Below, piece by piece: positions 31,051-41,637 of a DNA stretch of 64,000 nt. The stretch is taken from positions 64,001 through 128,000 of the forward strand of contig CAVVLO010000005.1 in the NCBI GenBank assembly GCA_963749155.1. Reading direction: 5' to 3'. The notes under the pieces are model-generated. The model saw nothing but the letters and a program-made list of their open reading frames with translations, was not told the DNA's origin and made no database searches. The DNA comes from an uncultured Armatimonadia bacterium. GTDB lineage: Bacteria; Armatimonadota; Zipacnadia; CAVVLO01. Position 1 is the stretch's first letter, and every line of letters begins with the position of its first letter. The position numbers and the translations under genes are program-made.

Positions 31051-33141
31051 ATGAGCCAGAGCGGTTCGAACCGAATCTACCCTATCGTGCATGACCTGCT
31101 GCGTACCGAAGAGAACGTCACTGCAGTGGAGGTGAGCGTTGAAGATCGCGCTCGCCCACTGGCTGCAATGGACGAACTGCTGGAGCGCGCCTTTGGCGGG
31201 ATTGTGGCCAATGTTGCCTTCAAAGATTATCTGCGTTCCGAAGAGGCCTGGGAAGACCTGGCAAGTGTTGTGGCGGCGACTCGTCAGGCAGGTCTGACTC
31301 TCTGGCTTTATGATGAGCGGGGTTATCCCTCTGGCAAAGCCGGTGGGCTTACTCTCGAGGGCCATCCCGAATTCGAAGCTAAAGGCTGCTTCCTAGCTCG
31401 CTTTGCCCTGAAAGCCTCTGAAGCCCCTCAAAGTTTCGAGCTCCCAGGGCTTGTGCTGGAAGCCACTGCTTATGCGGGCAGTCTTGAGCTGCCTGACCTC
31501 ACTCGCCGAGTCGAACTAGCTGTGTCTCTGGCGGACACCAAAGTTGAAGTCACCTGTTGCCGCGAAGACGGTGTATTATATGTTTTCTTCCTCGACCGGG
31601 CCTATGAGGGCACTCACTGCGTGGTAAACGTCAGCGACAAGCTGCCCTATGTGGACTTGATGGATTACGAATCTACTGCGCGTTTCCTCGAGCTTACCCA
31701 CCAGGCTTACTATGACCACTTCCGCGAAGCCTTTGATGCGGGAGTCTTCGAAGCGATGTTCACAGATGAGCCCTCTTTGATGAGTGGCTATCTGGTGAAG
31801 GAAGAACAGCCGTATGCAATGATTGCCTGGTCGCGCGGCCTGCGGGAGGAGTTCTACGAAATATATGGTTACGATCTGGTAGACCAGTTGCTCTTGCTCT
31901 TTGAAGGCGACCCCAAAGTGGCAGGCTCCGTGCGCCGAGATTTTTATGCTCTGGTGACGCGCAAGGTGCGGCATAGTTTCTTCCAGCAGATCCGCGACTG
32001 GTGCCGAGATCATAATATCGCAGCAACTGGGCATATCTTGCTGGAAGAGGGCATCATCCACCACGTCGCTTTCTACGGTGATGGGTTGTCCTGCCTGCTT
32101 GATTTCGATATCCCTGGCTGCGACCAGCTCTGCTCGGACCCCAGAGCCTTTCTGGGCAATGGCCAGATCCCTCCCGAGAAGCTGGCCACCTCGGCAGCCC
32201 ATCTGCAAGGGCTTACTCAGACAATGACCGAGACCAGCGATTACCAGCAGCGCCTCGCAAAGCAATCGGTAACCGAGTTGGACATTCGCGCCACTCTGGG
32301 TTGGCAGTTCGCAATGGGGATAAACACCATCACTTCCTATTACCCCTGGGCCACCTGGGAGCCTGACTTTGCCGGGCGGCTTAATGCCTACACGGAGCGC
32401 TGCTGCCAGTGGTTGCGTCACGCCCAGCCCCTGACAAAGGTCGCTTTGTTCTATCCCATCCGCTCGGTCTGGACCCATTTTGTGCCTCAGACCAGAGGGA
32501 TGTATGACCTTTCGACCCAGTCGCCCGAGACGCTGGCACTGCAGACCAGCTTCGGCGCGCTGACCCATGACCTCATCAAACAGGGGGTTGAGTTCGATTA
32601 CATCACCGAGGAAGCCCTTCAGGAGGCAAGCCTTGAGGGTAAAGCTTTGACGGTGGGCAATTGCGCCTATCAGGCCATCGTGCTGCCAGAAGTGACTTAT
32701 ATTGAAGAACGCACTCTCGCCCGCTTGCAACGCTTCCAGGAACTTGGGGGGCTGGTCTTGCGCGCTGGAAGTCTTGCGGCCTTCACCGGTAAGGGTGATG
32801 AGCCAGCTTCTTTCATAAACTCCCTGCCTCTGACCTCCGCCGACAAGCTTGGGGAGGCTTTGCGCGCTGCGGATTTGGTCCCGGTACTCCCTTCCACGCC
32901 TACCGAGACCCTCGTCTATTGCCTTCGGAAGAAAGAGGGCAAGCGCGTCTATTTCCTGCAGAACCATTCCGAGACGCCTTATCTCGATAATCTGCGCCTG
33001 GCCGGCGAGGGCGAAGTCCTGGTTATCGATCCAGTCACAGGAGAAGAGAGCAAACGTCGCGCCTTTGTGCCGGAGCCAGGCTGGATTGAACTGGGCCTCG
33101 AACTTCCGCCCTGGCATAACGTGCTGGTAGTGGTGGGTTAA
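31051..33141 (+). CDS. Glycoside hydrolase, GH106 (alpha-L-rhamnosidase)-like TIM barrel plus GATase-like domain
   Basis: WLYDERGYPSG, YVDLMD, FTDEP, WCRDHN..TGH..EE, PGCD, SAAHL, VALFYP, FDYI; ATG after GGGAGG. Confidence 0.7.
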   Translation: MSQSGSNRIYPIVHDLLRTEENVTAVEVSVEDRARPLAAMDELLERAFGGIVANVAFKDYLRSEEAWEDLASVVAATRQAGLTLWLYDERGYPSGKAGGLTLEGHPEFEAKGCFLARFALKASEAPQSFELPGLVLEATAYAGSLELPDLTRRVELAVSLADTKVEVTCCREDGVLYVFFLDRAYEGTHCVVNVSDKLPYVDLMDYESTARFLELTHQAYYDHFREAFDAGVFEAMFTDEPSLMSGYLVKEEQPYAMIAWSRGLREEFYEIYGYDLVDQLLLLFEGDPKVAGSVRRDFYALVTRKVRHSFFQQIRDWCRDHNIAATGHILLEEGIIHHVAFYGDGLSCLLDFDIPGCDQLCSDPRAFLGNGQIPPEKLATSAAHLQGLTQTMTETSDYQQRLAKQSVTELDIRATLGWQFAMGINTITSYYPWATWEPDFAGRLNAYTERCCQWLRHAQPLTKVALFYPIRSVWTHFVPQTRGMYDLSTQSPETLALQTSFGALTHDLIKQGVEFDYITEEALQEASLEGKALTVGNCAYQAIVLPEVTYIEERTLARLQRFQELGGLVLRAGSLAAFTGKGDEPASFINSLPLTSADKLGEALRAADLVPVLPSTPTETLVYCLRKKEGKRVYFLQNHSETPYLDNLRLAGEGEVLVIDPVTGEESKRRAFVPEPGWIELGLELPPWHNVLVVVG

Positions 33142-33146
33142 CACTT

Positions 33147-33464
33147 ATGGGAGCGATTTCCCTGGTTTTCTCGCTGGTCCTTGGTGCCCAAGTCCTTCTG
33201 GTTACCTTTTACGTCTACTCGGCCCATCTGCGCGGGGGCGTTTCGAAGGCAGAGGCTGGACGAGAAGCCGCCTTTTTCGTATGCTGGATAGCGCTGGGCG
33301 GTAGCGTCCTGCTGGGGCTTGGTCATTACTGCCAGTATGACATCAGAACCCTCGAGTCTTCGCAGTATCCGCTGTTTGGGCTCGGGCTTCTGGTGGCGAT
33401 ATTGGGTATCTTGCAGGCTTTTAGACTTGTAAACAAGGCTTCTCATCGCGGAGGCTTGAAGTAG
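33147..33464 (+). CDS. Small hypothetical membrane protein (3 TM)
   Basis: Hydrophobic ORF filling the gap between co-oriented genes. Confidence 0.55.
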   Translation: MGAISLVFSLVLGAQVLLVTFYVYSAHLRGGVSKAEAGREAAFFVCWIALGGSVLLGLGHYCQYDIRTLESSQYPLFGLGLLVAILGILQAFRLVNKASHRGGLK

Positions 33465-33485
33465 CGCTTTTAAGGAGGAAAAACA

Positions 33486-34683
33486 ATGGCAGCAAAAATC
33501 GTGCTTGCGTACTCGGGAGGACTGGATACCTCGGTCCTCATAAAATGGATGGGCGAACGTTACGAGGCCGACCTCGTGGCTTGCGCAATTGATGTGGGCG
33601 AGGAAAGGGCCTATGAGGAGATCCGCCAGAAGGCTTTGAATATCGGCGCCGTCGCCTCTTATGTCGTAGATGCCAAAGAAGAGTTTGTAGAACGCTTTAT
33701 CTGGCCGGCTCTAAAGGCCAATGCGATGTATGAGGGGCGTTATCCTCTCTTCACGGCGCTGGCTCGTTATATCATCTCGGAGAAAGTTGTCGAGGTCGCC
33801 AAGCGCGAAGGCGCAACCGCGGTAGCTCACGGCTCGACGGGGAAGGGCAATGACCAGGTGCGCTTCGAGGTCTCCTTTATGTCACTGGCGCCCGAGCTCG
33901 AGCGCTACGCGCCTATCCGCGAATGGGGTATGACCAGAGACCAGGAAATCGAATATGCCCAGGAGCATGGCATCCCCGTGCCGGTAACCAAGAAGAGCCC
34001 CTACAGCATCGACACCAACCTTTGGGGCCGGAGCTGCGAGGCTGGCGTACTGGAAGATCCCTGGAACGAGCCGCCCGAAGACGCCTACTTGTGGACCAAG
34101 TCGCCCGCCGAGGCGCCTGATGAGCCCCGCTACGTCGAGATTGAGTTCGAGAAGGGCTTGCCCGTAGCCGTAGATGGCCAGCGTATGGCAGGGGTGGACC
34201 TTATCGCCCACCTTAATGCGGTAGCTGGCGAGCATGGGGTCGGCCGAATTGATATGATGGAGAACCGCCTGGTGGGCATCAAGTCGCGCGAAATTTACGA
34301 AGCGCCTGCTGCGACGGTACTCATCGCCGCTCACAAGGACCTTGAGAGCCTGCACTCTTGACCGGGAGACCTCCCAGTACAAGGCGCTGCTCGAGCAGCG
34401 TTTCTCGCAGCTCGTTTACACGGGTCTTTGGTATACGCCGCTTCGCGAGGCGCTGTCAGCTTTCTTCGAGGCGACCCAATGGCGCGTGAACGGCACGGTC
34501 CGAGTCAAGCTGCACAAGGGCAGCGCTGTCGTGGTTGGCCGTAAATCGCCGACCTCGCTTTACAAGTTCGAGCTCTCCACCTACGACCGGGGCGACGTGT
34601 TCGACCAGTCGCTCTCGCGAGGGTTCATCGAGCTGTGGGGCCTGCCAGCGAAGATCGCTTACCAGGTAAAGCCTGAAGACTAA
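33486..34683 (+). CDS. argG: Argininosuccinate synthase, +1 frameshift near 34353
   Basis: LAYSGGLDTS, HGSTGKGNDQVRF, SIDTNLWGRS, ENRLVGIKSREIYEAP; removing one C gives ESLTLDRE...GFIELWGLP. Confidence 0.93.
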
Positions 34684-34689
34684 ACAGAA

Positions 34690-34723
34690 AGGCCCCTCGT
34701 CTGAGTATGAGGGGCTTCTCTTT
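34690..34723 (+). terminator. Probable intrinsic terminator after argG
   Basis: AGGCCCCTCGT-loop-ATGAGGGGCTT followed by CTCTTT. Confidence 0.55.
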
Positions 34724-34766
34724 GGCCCGATTAGGGCAACAAAGCTGAGAGTGGGAGGCTTCAACA

Positions 34767-35435
34767 ATGGGTTGTGACTGCAGCGAGACCAAAATCAAGA
34801 CGGCGGTTATCACGGGGATGCACCCCTACGACGTGCCCAACTTCTACGGCATATTCAAAGCGATGCCGGATGTCGACTTCTACCCCCAGAACCTCTGGGA
34901 CTTCGCGACCTGCCCACCGGAGATTCGCGGCTGGTATGATGTGGTGGTCTTCTACAATATGCATATGGAGACGCCCAACCCAGAAGCCGGCCCCTGGGAC
35001 GCCCTTATGAAGGCCGCTCTCGACCAGATTGGCGAGTCCTCTCAGGGGGTGCTTCTGCTGCACCATTCCATCCTGGCCTGGCCCGAGCTTCAGCTCTGGA
35101 ACGACCTGACTGGCGTTCAGCAACGAGGTTTTGGTTATCACATCGGCGAGACTGTCACCTATGACATCGCCGCGCCCGAACATCCGATTACAAAAGGGCT
35201 TTCAAGCTGGACGATGATGGATGAGACCTACACGATGGCTGAGCCGCCGGCAAGCTGCGAAGTGCTCATCACTGCCGACCACGAGAAGAGTATGAAATCC
35301 ATCGCCTGGACCAACCAGTACAAGCAGGTTAAGGTCTTCTGCTACCAGTCGGGACATGATAACGCCACCTATCCTGATGCCAACTTCCGCACGGTTATGA
35401 ATCGCGGTATCGAGTGGCTGGCCGGGCGTATCTAG
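34767..35435 (+). CDS. ThuA-like (class I GATase-fold) protein
   Basis: ITGMHPYD, YDVVVFY, HPITKGL, DETY, IAWT, SGHD, RGIEWLAG. Confidence 0.8.
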   Translation: MGCDCSETKIKTAVITGMHPYDVPNFYGIFKAMPDVDFYPQNLWDFATCPPEIRGWYDVVVFYNMHMETPNPEAGPWDALMKAALDQIGESSQGVLLLHHSILAWPELQLWNDLTGVQQRGFGYHIGETVTYDIAAPEHPITKGLSSWTMMDETYTMAEPPASCEVLITADHEKSMKSIAWTNQYKQVKVFCYQSGHDNATYPDANFRTVMNRGIEWLAGRI

Positions 35436-35451
35436 CAAAGGGGGAAGCTCA

Positions 35452-36399
35452 GTGAGAGCGCTTGTTACTCGGCTACTTGATGATGGGCGCAGGGAGAAGG
35501 TGCTGGTCCATGACTGGCCCGACCCCGGCGCGCCCCAGGGCAACCAGTTGCGCATCCAGGCTCTATACACAGGTGTTACCAATGGCACGGAACGCAATGA
35601 CCTGCTTGGTGGCAATTACGCCACGCCAGATGGCCAGCTGCCCCATGGCTGGGGTTACCAGCACGTGGGCCGGGTTGTCGAGACCGGCCCCGACTGCCAG
35701 CTCTGCCAGGTCGGCGATATTGTCTACACCTCCGCCGGCCACGAGGAGTTCGTCCTCTGGCCCGAGCATATCCTCTGCTTAAAGGTGCCGGAAAACGTCG
35801 ACCAGCGCGAGGCTGCCCTGTTCGGGATGGCCAGCGTTGCAATGCGTTCCTGCCGCAACGCCGACCTCAGGATGGGGGAGAGGTTCCTCATCGTGGGCGC
35901 AGGCTTCATCGGCCAGGTCGCTGCCCAGATAGCAAGCGTAATGGGCGCCCGCGTGACCTTGTGCGATGTGAACGAGGAGCGCCTGGCCACTGCCAGGGCA
36001 ATTGGCGCCGCTGAGGAAGTAATCAATACCGCCGGAGAAGGCTGGCAGCAATCCATCGCCGACTTCAGCTTTGATGCCATACTGGATGTTGCCGGTGTGC
36101 CTGGGATGGAAGACGACCTTATCCGCGCCGCGAAACCTCGCGGGCGTGTCCTGTTCATCGCTGGCCGGCGCGAAGTCAGATATGACTTCAACACTGGCCA
36201 GGGCCACGAGATAACCCTCAAGCAGAACAGCCACTTCGACAACAGTGATCTCGAGAATCTGAGTCGCCTGGTTGCGCGCGGTCAGGTGACCTTTGCCCCG
36301 CTAATCCAGGATATCGTCCCCGTCACCGAAGCCGACCGGCTCTATACACTGCTGCGCGATGAGCCAGCGAAGCTAAAAGGCACCGTCTTCGTCTGGTAG
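35452..36399 (+). CDS. Medium-chain (MDR) dehydrogenase
   Basis: GVTNGTE, GYQHVGRVVETG, GAGFIG nucleotide-binding motif. Confidence 0.8.
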   Translation: MRALVTRLLDDGRREKVLVHDWPDPGAPQGNQLRIQALYTGVTNGTERNDLLGGNYATPDGQLPHGWGYQHVGRVVETGPDCQLCQVGDIVYTSAGHEEFVLWPEHILCLKVPENVDQREAALFGMASVAMRSCRNADLRMGERFLIVGAGFIGQVAAQIASVMGARVTLCDVNEERLATARAIGAAEEVINTAGEGWQQSIADFSFDAILDVAGVPGMEDDLIRAAKPRGRVLFIAGRREVRYDFNTGQGHEITLKQNSHFDNSDLENLSRLVARGQVTFAPLIQDIVPVTEADRLYTLLRDEPAKLKGTVFVW

Positions 36400-36416
36400 A
36401 TGTTTCTGCACATACA

Positions 36417-36447
36417 AAAGGGAGCGCCCACGCTGGGCGCTCCCTTT
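36417..36447. terminator. Bidirectional intrinsic terminator
   Basis: AAAGGGAGCGCCCA-CGC-TGGGCGCTCCCTTT. Confidence 0.85.
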
Positions 36448-36464
36448 CTCTTTGCCAATCCAAA

Positions 36465-37976
36465 TCAATCTTCGGCGCGCTTTGGCCAGCCGGGAAACTC
36501 TCCCAGCATCGCCCTCGGATAACCCGGATCTTCATACCGGCTGTGCATGTCCTGCCCTGTTTCCTGCCAGTCTGTCAAGGTGAAGCAGTCGCCGTTCCAC
36601 TCACGTCCGCCCGAGAACTTGCCATCGTGCCTGTAATAAGTGTTGTAGTCGGCCAGGTTGTCGCTGCTGGCTTCAGTATCTTTGTAGACGACTAGCTCCT
36701 CGTCCTGGCTGTCCAGAATTATGTTGCGAAATCCTCGATTCCCCCTCAGTGTGTAGCCTTCTCTGGGCATCCCATGGAAGACCAGCCCCTGCCGGCAATG
36801 GTAAAACAGATTGTCCTCCACCAGGCAGTCATCCGAGCCGGATATCCACACCCCGCGCACGCAATCGGCCACCAGGTTGCCCTTGATTATGCCCCGTTTG
36901 CTTATCTCGTAGTGGATCCCAATGCCCTGATTCGCATAGACCTGGTTGCCCTCGATAGTCACGTTGTCGCAGTCTATGTCGAACCACACCCCCGGACCCC
37001 AGTTGTACCTGGCGATGTTGTTGCGGAAGACCACATCCTTGCACACAGTCGCCTTGATGCCTCCACAGTGCCAGCCCTGGTTCCACTGGTCATAGTTGCA
37101 GAACTGCATCGTCGTGCCCTCTAGGATATGGCCCTTGCCCATCGCCCCGATGCCGTTGTTGCCACACCACTCGATGAGGCAGTTCCGGATGATGCTCCGG
37201 TTGCCCACGATGCCGATACCCGCAAAATCACACTTGCGCACCACGCAATCCTCAAATACGAAACCATCTCCGCCCACGTGGAGGGCAGGCCAGGCTGCTA
37301 CAATCAGGGTGTTGGCAAGCTCGAAGGTGATCCCCTTCACTGTCCACCAACCCACAGGACCAACGCCTTCCTCCCGCGCGGGGGAGAGAAGCTCCGGCAG
37401 GACTGTCGCTTCGATGACTTTGTATTCGGGATGATACTCAGGCCCGTCCGAGTCCTTGGGCCAGATGTAAAGCCGGTCAGCTTCCTCATCCACGAAGAAG
37501 CAACCAGGCTGCAGGTCGTCCAGAGTCTCGCCTCTGGGAGAGAGCTTGCCTTTGTACCATTCAGTAAGTGGGGGGCCAATCCTCATTAAGGGCAGATGGT
37601 CGATAAACAAGGCCATACTTTTGTAGGGCCAGTTGTCATGGTAGAAGATGCCATCGCGCAGGTGCTGCCAGCCTGTGACCCGCTGTCCACCGGTGACCAC
37701 AACCCGGTGCCCTTCGGCCGCGCGAAGTGTAATAGGCGCCTCTTCCGTGCCACTTGCTCGAAGCTTAAGCTCCTCGTAATAGTTACCCTGTTTCACGATG
37801 ATCTCATCGCCAGGCCCCACTTTGGCCAGGGCTGCTCCGATTGTCAGTAGAGGAGAAGCCTCTGTGCCAGAGTTCTCATCAGAGGCGCCAGAGGCGCGCT
37901 GGGCAACGACTAAAGTCCGGGCAAAGCTAGTCGAAGCCAACAGCATGACCGCCATAGCAAGTAAAACGAGCTTCAT
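36465..37976 (-). CDS. Secreted right-handed parallel beta-helix protein (pectin-lyase-like fold)
   Basis: Signal peptide; DENSGTEASPLLTI, GPGDEI, GGIK, GPGVWFD, GIHYEIS, repeated Asn-ladder turns. Confidence 0.8.
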   Translation of the reverse strand: MKLVLLAMAVMLLASTSFARTLVVAQRASGASDENSGTEASPLLTIGAALAKVGPGDEIIVKQGNYYEELKLRASGTEEAPITLRAAEGHRVVVTGGQRVTGWQHLRDGIFYHDNWPYKSMALFIDHLPLMRIGPPLTEWYKGKLSPRGETLDDLQPGCFFVDEEADRLYIWPKDSDGPEYHPEYKVIEATVLPELLSPAREEGVGPVGWWTVKGITFELANTLIVAAWPALHVGGDGFVFEDCVVRKCDFAGIGIVGNRSIIRNCLIEWCGNNGIGAMGKGHILEGTTMQFCNYDQWNQGWHCGGIKATVCKDVVFRNNIARYNWGPGVWFDIDCDNVTIEGNQVYANQGIGIHYEISKRGIIKGNLVADCVRGVWISGSDDCLVEDNLFYHCRQGLVFHGMPREGYTLRGNRGFRNIILDSQDEELVVYKDTEASSDNLADYNTYYRHDGKFSGGREWNGDCFTLTDWQETGQDMHSRYEDPGYPRAMLGEFPGWPKRAED

Positions 37977-38077
37977 CCAGATCCCTCCTGCCCAGCAGCT
38001 TCTTGCAGGAAGAGCGCCCGGGCTGGTGTATGTTTACGCCGCTAGCGCTATATATCCCCCTGCCAAGGATTAATTGC

Positions 38078-39106
38078 ATGACAGGTAGAGAACGCGAACT
38101 GGCTACTATCGGGCGTAAACCAACCGATCGTATCGCACTCGATGCCATCTGTGTCGAGAATGTCCCTCAGATTGCGGAGTTCCTGGCCCTCTCCGAGATG
38201 CAAGTGCTTGACCGCCTGGGCCTCGATGGGCGTATCATCGCTGCTGGTTATACTGGCCAGCGTGATGAAGGGGCACTTGCGCGCGGGGTAGATGAATGGG
38301 GCACTTCGGCTCTCAACGATTACGGGCGTAACTATGCTTATCCTCTGGCTGGATTTGAAACTGAGGCCCAGATTGCTGGCTACAGTTGGCCTAATCCTGC
38401 TGATTATGACTTCGAAGCCGCTGCCACCTGGGCGCGCCAGTATGGCGCGACTTATGCCTTGCGTGGCCCTTACTGGGTGCCAGTATTCAGCCGGGCTTGC
38501 AGCCTGGTGGGGATGGAAGACTTCCTCGTGCTAATGATGCAGGAACCCTTGCTTGCCGAGGCCTTGCTCGAGCGTATCTCCGAGTTTACTTACCAGTATT
38601 GCGAGCGTCTCCTGGATGCCTGCGGCGAGGCGCTACCGATACTTTGCCTGGGCGACGACTTCGCGACTCAGCGGGGACTGATGCTCAACCCAGAAATTTG
38701 GCGGAAGCTACTAAAGCCGCATTACGCTCGACTTTTCGACCTGGGCAAGCGCAAGGGTAGAGTCGTGTGGTTCCATTCTTGCGGCGATGTCACCAGCGTA
38801 TTGGGCGACCTCATTGATATCGGCGCTGATGTGTGGGAGACCGTCCAGCTTCACGCCTTGCCCTATGGTCCTGGAGAACTGAAGCGCCGGTTTGGTGCTG
38901 ATATCACTTTCTTTGGCGGCATCAACACCCAGCGGTTGCCCTTCATCACCCCTGTCGAGGTGCGAGAAGAAGTCTTTAGGACCCTTGATGTTATGGCTGA
39001 AGGGGGAGGCTACATCTGTGGCCCCGACCACCATATAAAGTATGATGTACCGCCCGAAAACGCCGTGACGCTTTTTGATGCAGCTCTCGAGTGGAGCGGC
39101 GCCTGA
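38078..39106 (+). CDS. Uroporphyrinogen decarboxylase / MtaA-CmuA superfamily protein
   Basis: MTGRER, DEWG, GMEDFL, GDDFATQRG, FHSCG, FFGGINTQ, GGGYICGPDH, VPPEN. Confidence 0.82.
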   Translation: MTGRERELATIGRKPTDRIALDAICVENVPQIAEFLALSEMQVLDRLGLDGRIIAAGYTGQRDEGALARGVDEWGTSALNDYGRNYAYPLAGFETEAQIAGYSWPNPADYDFEAAATWARQYGATYALRGPYWVPVFSRACSLVGMEDFLVLMMQEPLLAEALLERISEFTYQYCERLLDACGEALPILCLGDDFATQRGLMLNPEIWRKLLKPHYARLFDLGKRKGRVVWFHSCGDVTSVLGDLIDIGADVWETVQLHALPYGPGELKRRFGADITFFGGINTQRLPFITPVEVREEVFRTLDVMAEGGGYICGPDHHIKYDVPPENAVTLFDAALEWSGA

Positions 39107-39168
39107 AGCAGGTTTCCACTCCCTTTGGGCGAAGCTTGCCCCTAACCAATTCAGAAAAGGTGGGTACC

Positions 39169-41152
39169 ATGACAGAACTCAGATATCGCCAGATCCATCT
39201 CGATTTTCACACAAGCGAAGAAATTCCCGGCATCGGCAGCAAGTTCAACGCCGACGAGTTTGCCGACACCTTGAAGGCTGCGCATGTCAACTCGATCACC
39301 TGCTTTGCCAGGTGCCATCACGGCTGGATATATCACTACAGCGACAAGTACAAGGCTATCCAGCATCCACACCTCGAGCGCGACCTGCTGCGCGAGCAGA
39401 TCGAAGCCTGCCATGCCCGAGACATTCGGGTACCTATCTACGTGACCGTCCAGTGGGACTTGCGTACGGTGAAAGAACACCCCGAATGGCTGACAATGGA
39501 CGCAAATGGTTGCCATACCGGCACCCCGCCCTTCCAGGCAGGTTTCTACACCAAACTCTGCCTCAATACCGGCTATGTAGACTGGCTGGAGGAATATGTC
39601 GTTGATATTTGTGACACGCTGCCCACCGATGGCTTCTTCTTCGACATCGTGGACAAGGTGGACTGCAGTTGCCGCCAGTGCATCAAGGGGATGCTCGATG
39701 CCGGACTTGACCCCTCCAGCCCTGCCGACCGGATGGACTGGGCCGGGCGAGTGCTGCAGCGCTTTGAAGAGCGCCTGACCAAAGTCGTGCAGTCCAAACA
39801 TCCCGAGGCGACCATCTTCTACAACGCGGGCCATATTGGCCCCCATCACAGGTCGATTTTGCCCAACTACACCCATCTGGAGCTTGAATCGCTGCCCAGC
39901 GGGGGCTGGGGTTATATGCATTTTCCGCTCACTCAGCGGTTTGCACGCAATCTGCACCTCGACACAATGGGGATGACAGGCAAATTCCACACCAGTTGGG
40001 GCGATTTTGAATCCCTCAAGAATCCTCTGGCGCTGGAATTCGAGTGCCAGAATATGCTTGCGCTTGCCGCCAAGTGTTCTATAGGCGATCAGCTCCACCC
40101 CACAGGGCAAATTAGCAAGGCCACCTATGAGCTGGTTGGGGAAGCTTATGCCGATGTCGAGGCAGTGGAGCCCTGGTGCCAGGGCGCCCGGCCAGTTGTG
40201 GATATCGGCCTTATGACGCCAGAGGAATTCGCCGGCGGTTCGGCCTTCAGCTTGTCGGGCTCGGCGATGGGCGCGGTGCGCCTCCTGCAGGAGGGTTTCC
40301 ACCAGTTCGATGTCATCGACAGTAAATCCGACTTCAGCAAATACCGTCTGCTTGTGTTGCCCGATGGTATCGAGGTTAACGAGTCGCTGGCACTTCGGCT
40401 CCGGGCCTATCTGGCTCAAGGCGGCGCGCTGGTTGCCTCATATCGTTCAGGCCTCAATCCTGCGGGCACGGCCTTCGACTTGGCCGAACTCGGAGTCAGG
40501 CTTAAGGGAGAAGCCCCCTGGTCGCCCGATTTCATCGTGCCAGGCAGCCTTGGCGAGGGGCTCAGGCATACCCCCTATGTTATGTACCAGAAGGGGCTCG
40601 AGGTGGAAGCGGCCACCAGTTCTCATATCCTCTGCGAGATGATCAAGCCTTACTTCAACCGCGACTGGCGGCATTTCTGTTCTCACCAGCACACGCCTGC
40701 AGAGGGCCATGCCAGTTATCCAGGGGTAGTGCAGCATGGCAACTGCATCTACTTTATGCACCCGGTCTTCAACCAGTACGATTCCAACGCTCCTCTTTGG
40801 TGCAAGCGGTTAGTGCTGAACGCCATCAAGCGCCTTCTGCCTGATCCGCTGGTGGAGGCCCAGGCGCCCAGTTCGGCCCTGTTTACCTTGAACGAACAAG
40901 ACCGCCGAAAATCGTCTGGTGCTTCACGCCCTCCACTACGTGCCAGAACGCAGGGGCAGGGCCTTCGATATCCTGGAAGACCAACTACCCCTGTACAATA
41001 CCAGGCTGTCGATTAAGACCTCGCGACCAGTCCATTCGGTGAAGCTCGCGCCTCAGGGAGAGAGCCTTGAGTTCGAGCAGACCGATGGCCGGTGCGCCTT
41101 CGTGCTGCCGGTAATCGAGGGTACGCAACTCGTCAGCCTCGAGCTGGCCTGA
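39169..41152 (+). CDS. GH151-like alpha-L-fucosidase with beta-galactosidase trimerisation-like domain, +1 frameshift near 40899
   Basis: RQIHLDFHTS, FARCHHGW, DGFFFDI, ELESLPSGGWGY, MTGKFHTSWGDF, GDQLHP; removing one A gives NEQTAENRLVLHALHYVP. Confidence 0.78.
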
Positions 41153-41163
41153 AGAGGTCCCAG

Positions 41164-41637
41164 ATGAGTGGTTATTACCGGGTAAGGCAAGCGCCAATCA
41201 TACTGCTGGATATTCTCCAGTCGGTGGTTATCTGTGGCGCTGCGGTAGTTGTGCTTACCAGCCTGCAAAGCCATCGCTATATGCTACCGGCTTTGCTTAC
41301 CCCGGTTGTGCTGCTGGAGCTTGCCTTCGTGTATGGCACCACTGTGAAGGAAGTCTACGTGGATTCGGCGGGGGCCAGGTTGATAACTCTGCTTGGCCTC
41401 CACCGCAGCTATAAGCCGGGCGAGATAACCCGGCTCTGGATGGATCGCCCTGGCCCTTTCTGGCGCGAGCTGTGGGTCTGGGGGGAGGGGCCGTTTGCCC
41501 TGATGATATATGGAGGCCCCTTCCAGCCTTTCTCTGCGCGCGACTGTGATAAGTTGGCTGAGCAAATCAAAGCTTTCAACCTGGTCTGCCAGTTTGACGA
41601 GGGGCCAAAACCCGAAGAACCTCCCCTGGCAAGCTAA
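41164..41637 (+). CDS. Hypothetical membrane protein (2 TM plus possible PH-like domain)
   Basis: ATG after GAGG; two hydrophobic helices followed by a beta-rich tail. Confidence 0.55.
   Translation: MSGYYRVRQAPIILLDILQSVVICGAAVVVLTSLQSHRYMLPALLTPVVLLELAFVYGTTVKEVYVDSAGARLITLLGLHRSYKPGEITRLWMDRPGPFWRELWVWGEGPFALMIYGGPFQPFSARDCDKLAEQIKAFNLVCQFDEGPKPEEPPLAS

Noticed and set aside
31576..33144. 522-aa minus-strand ORF, and similar ones at 39151-40419, 25958-26929, 43767-44648 and 46496-47293
   Set aside because: Antisense shadows of well-supported genes, common in GC-rich DNA.
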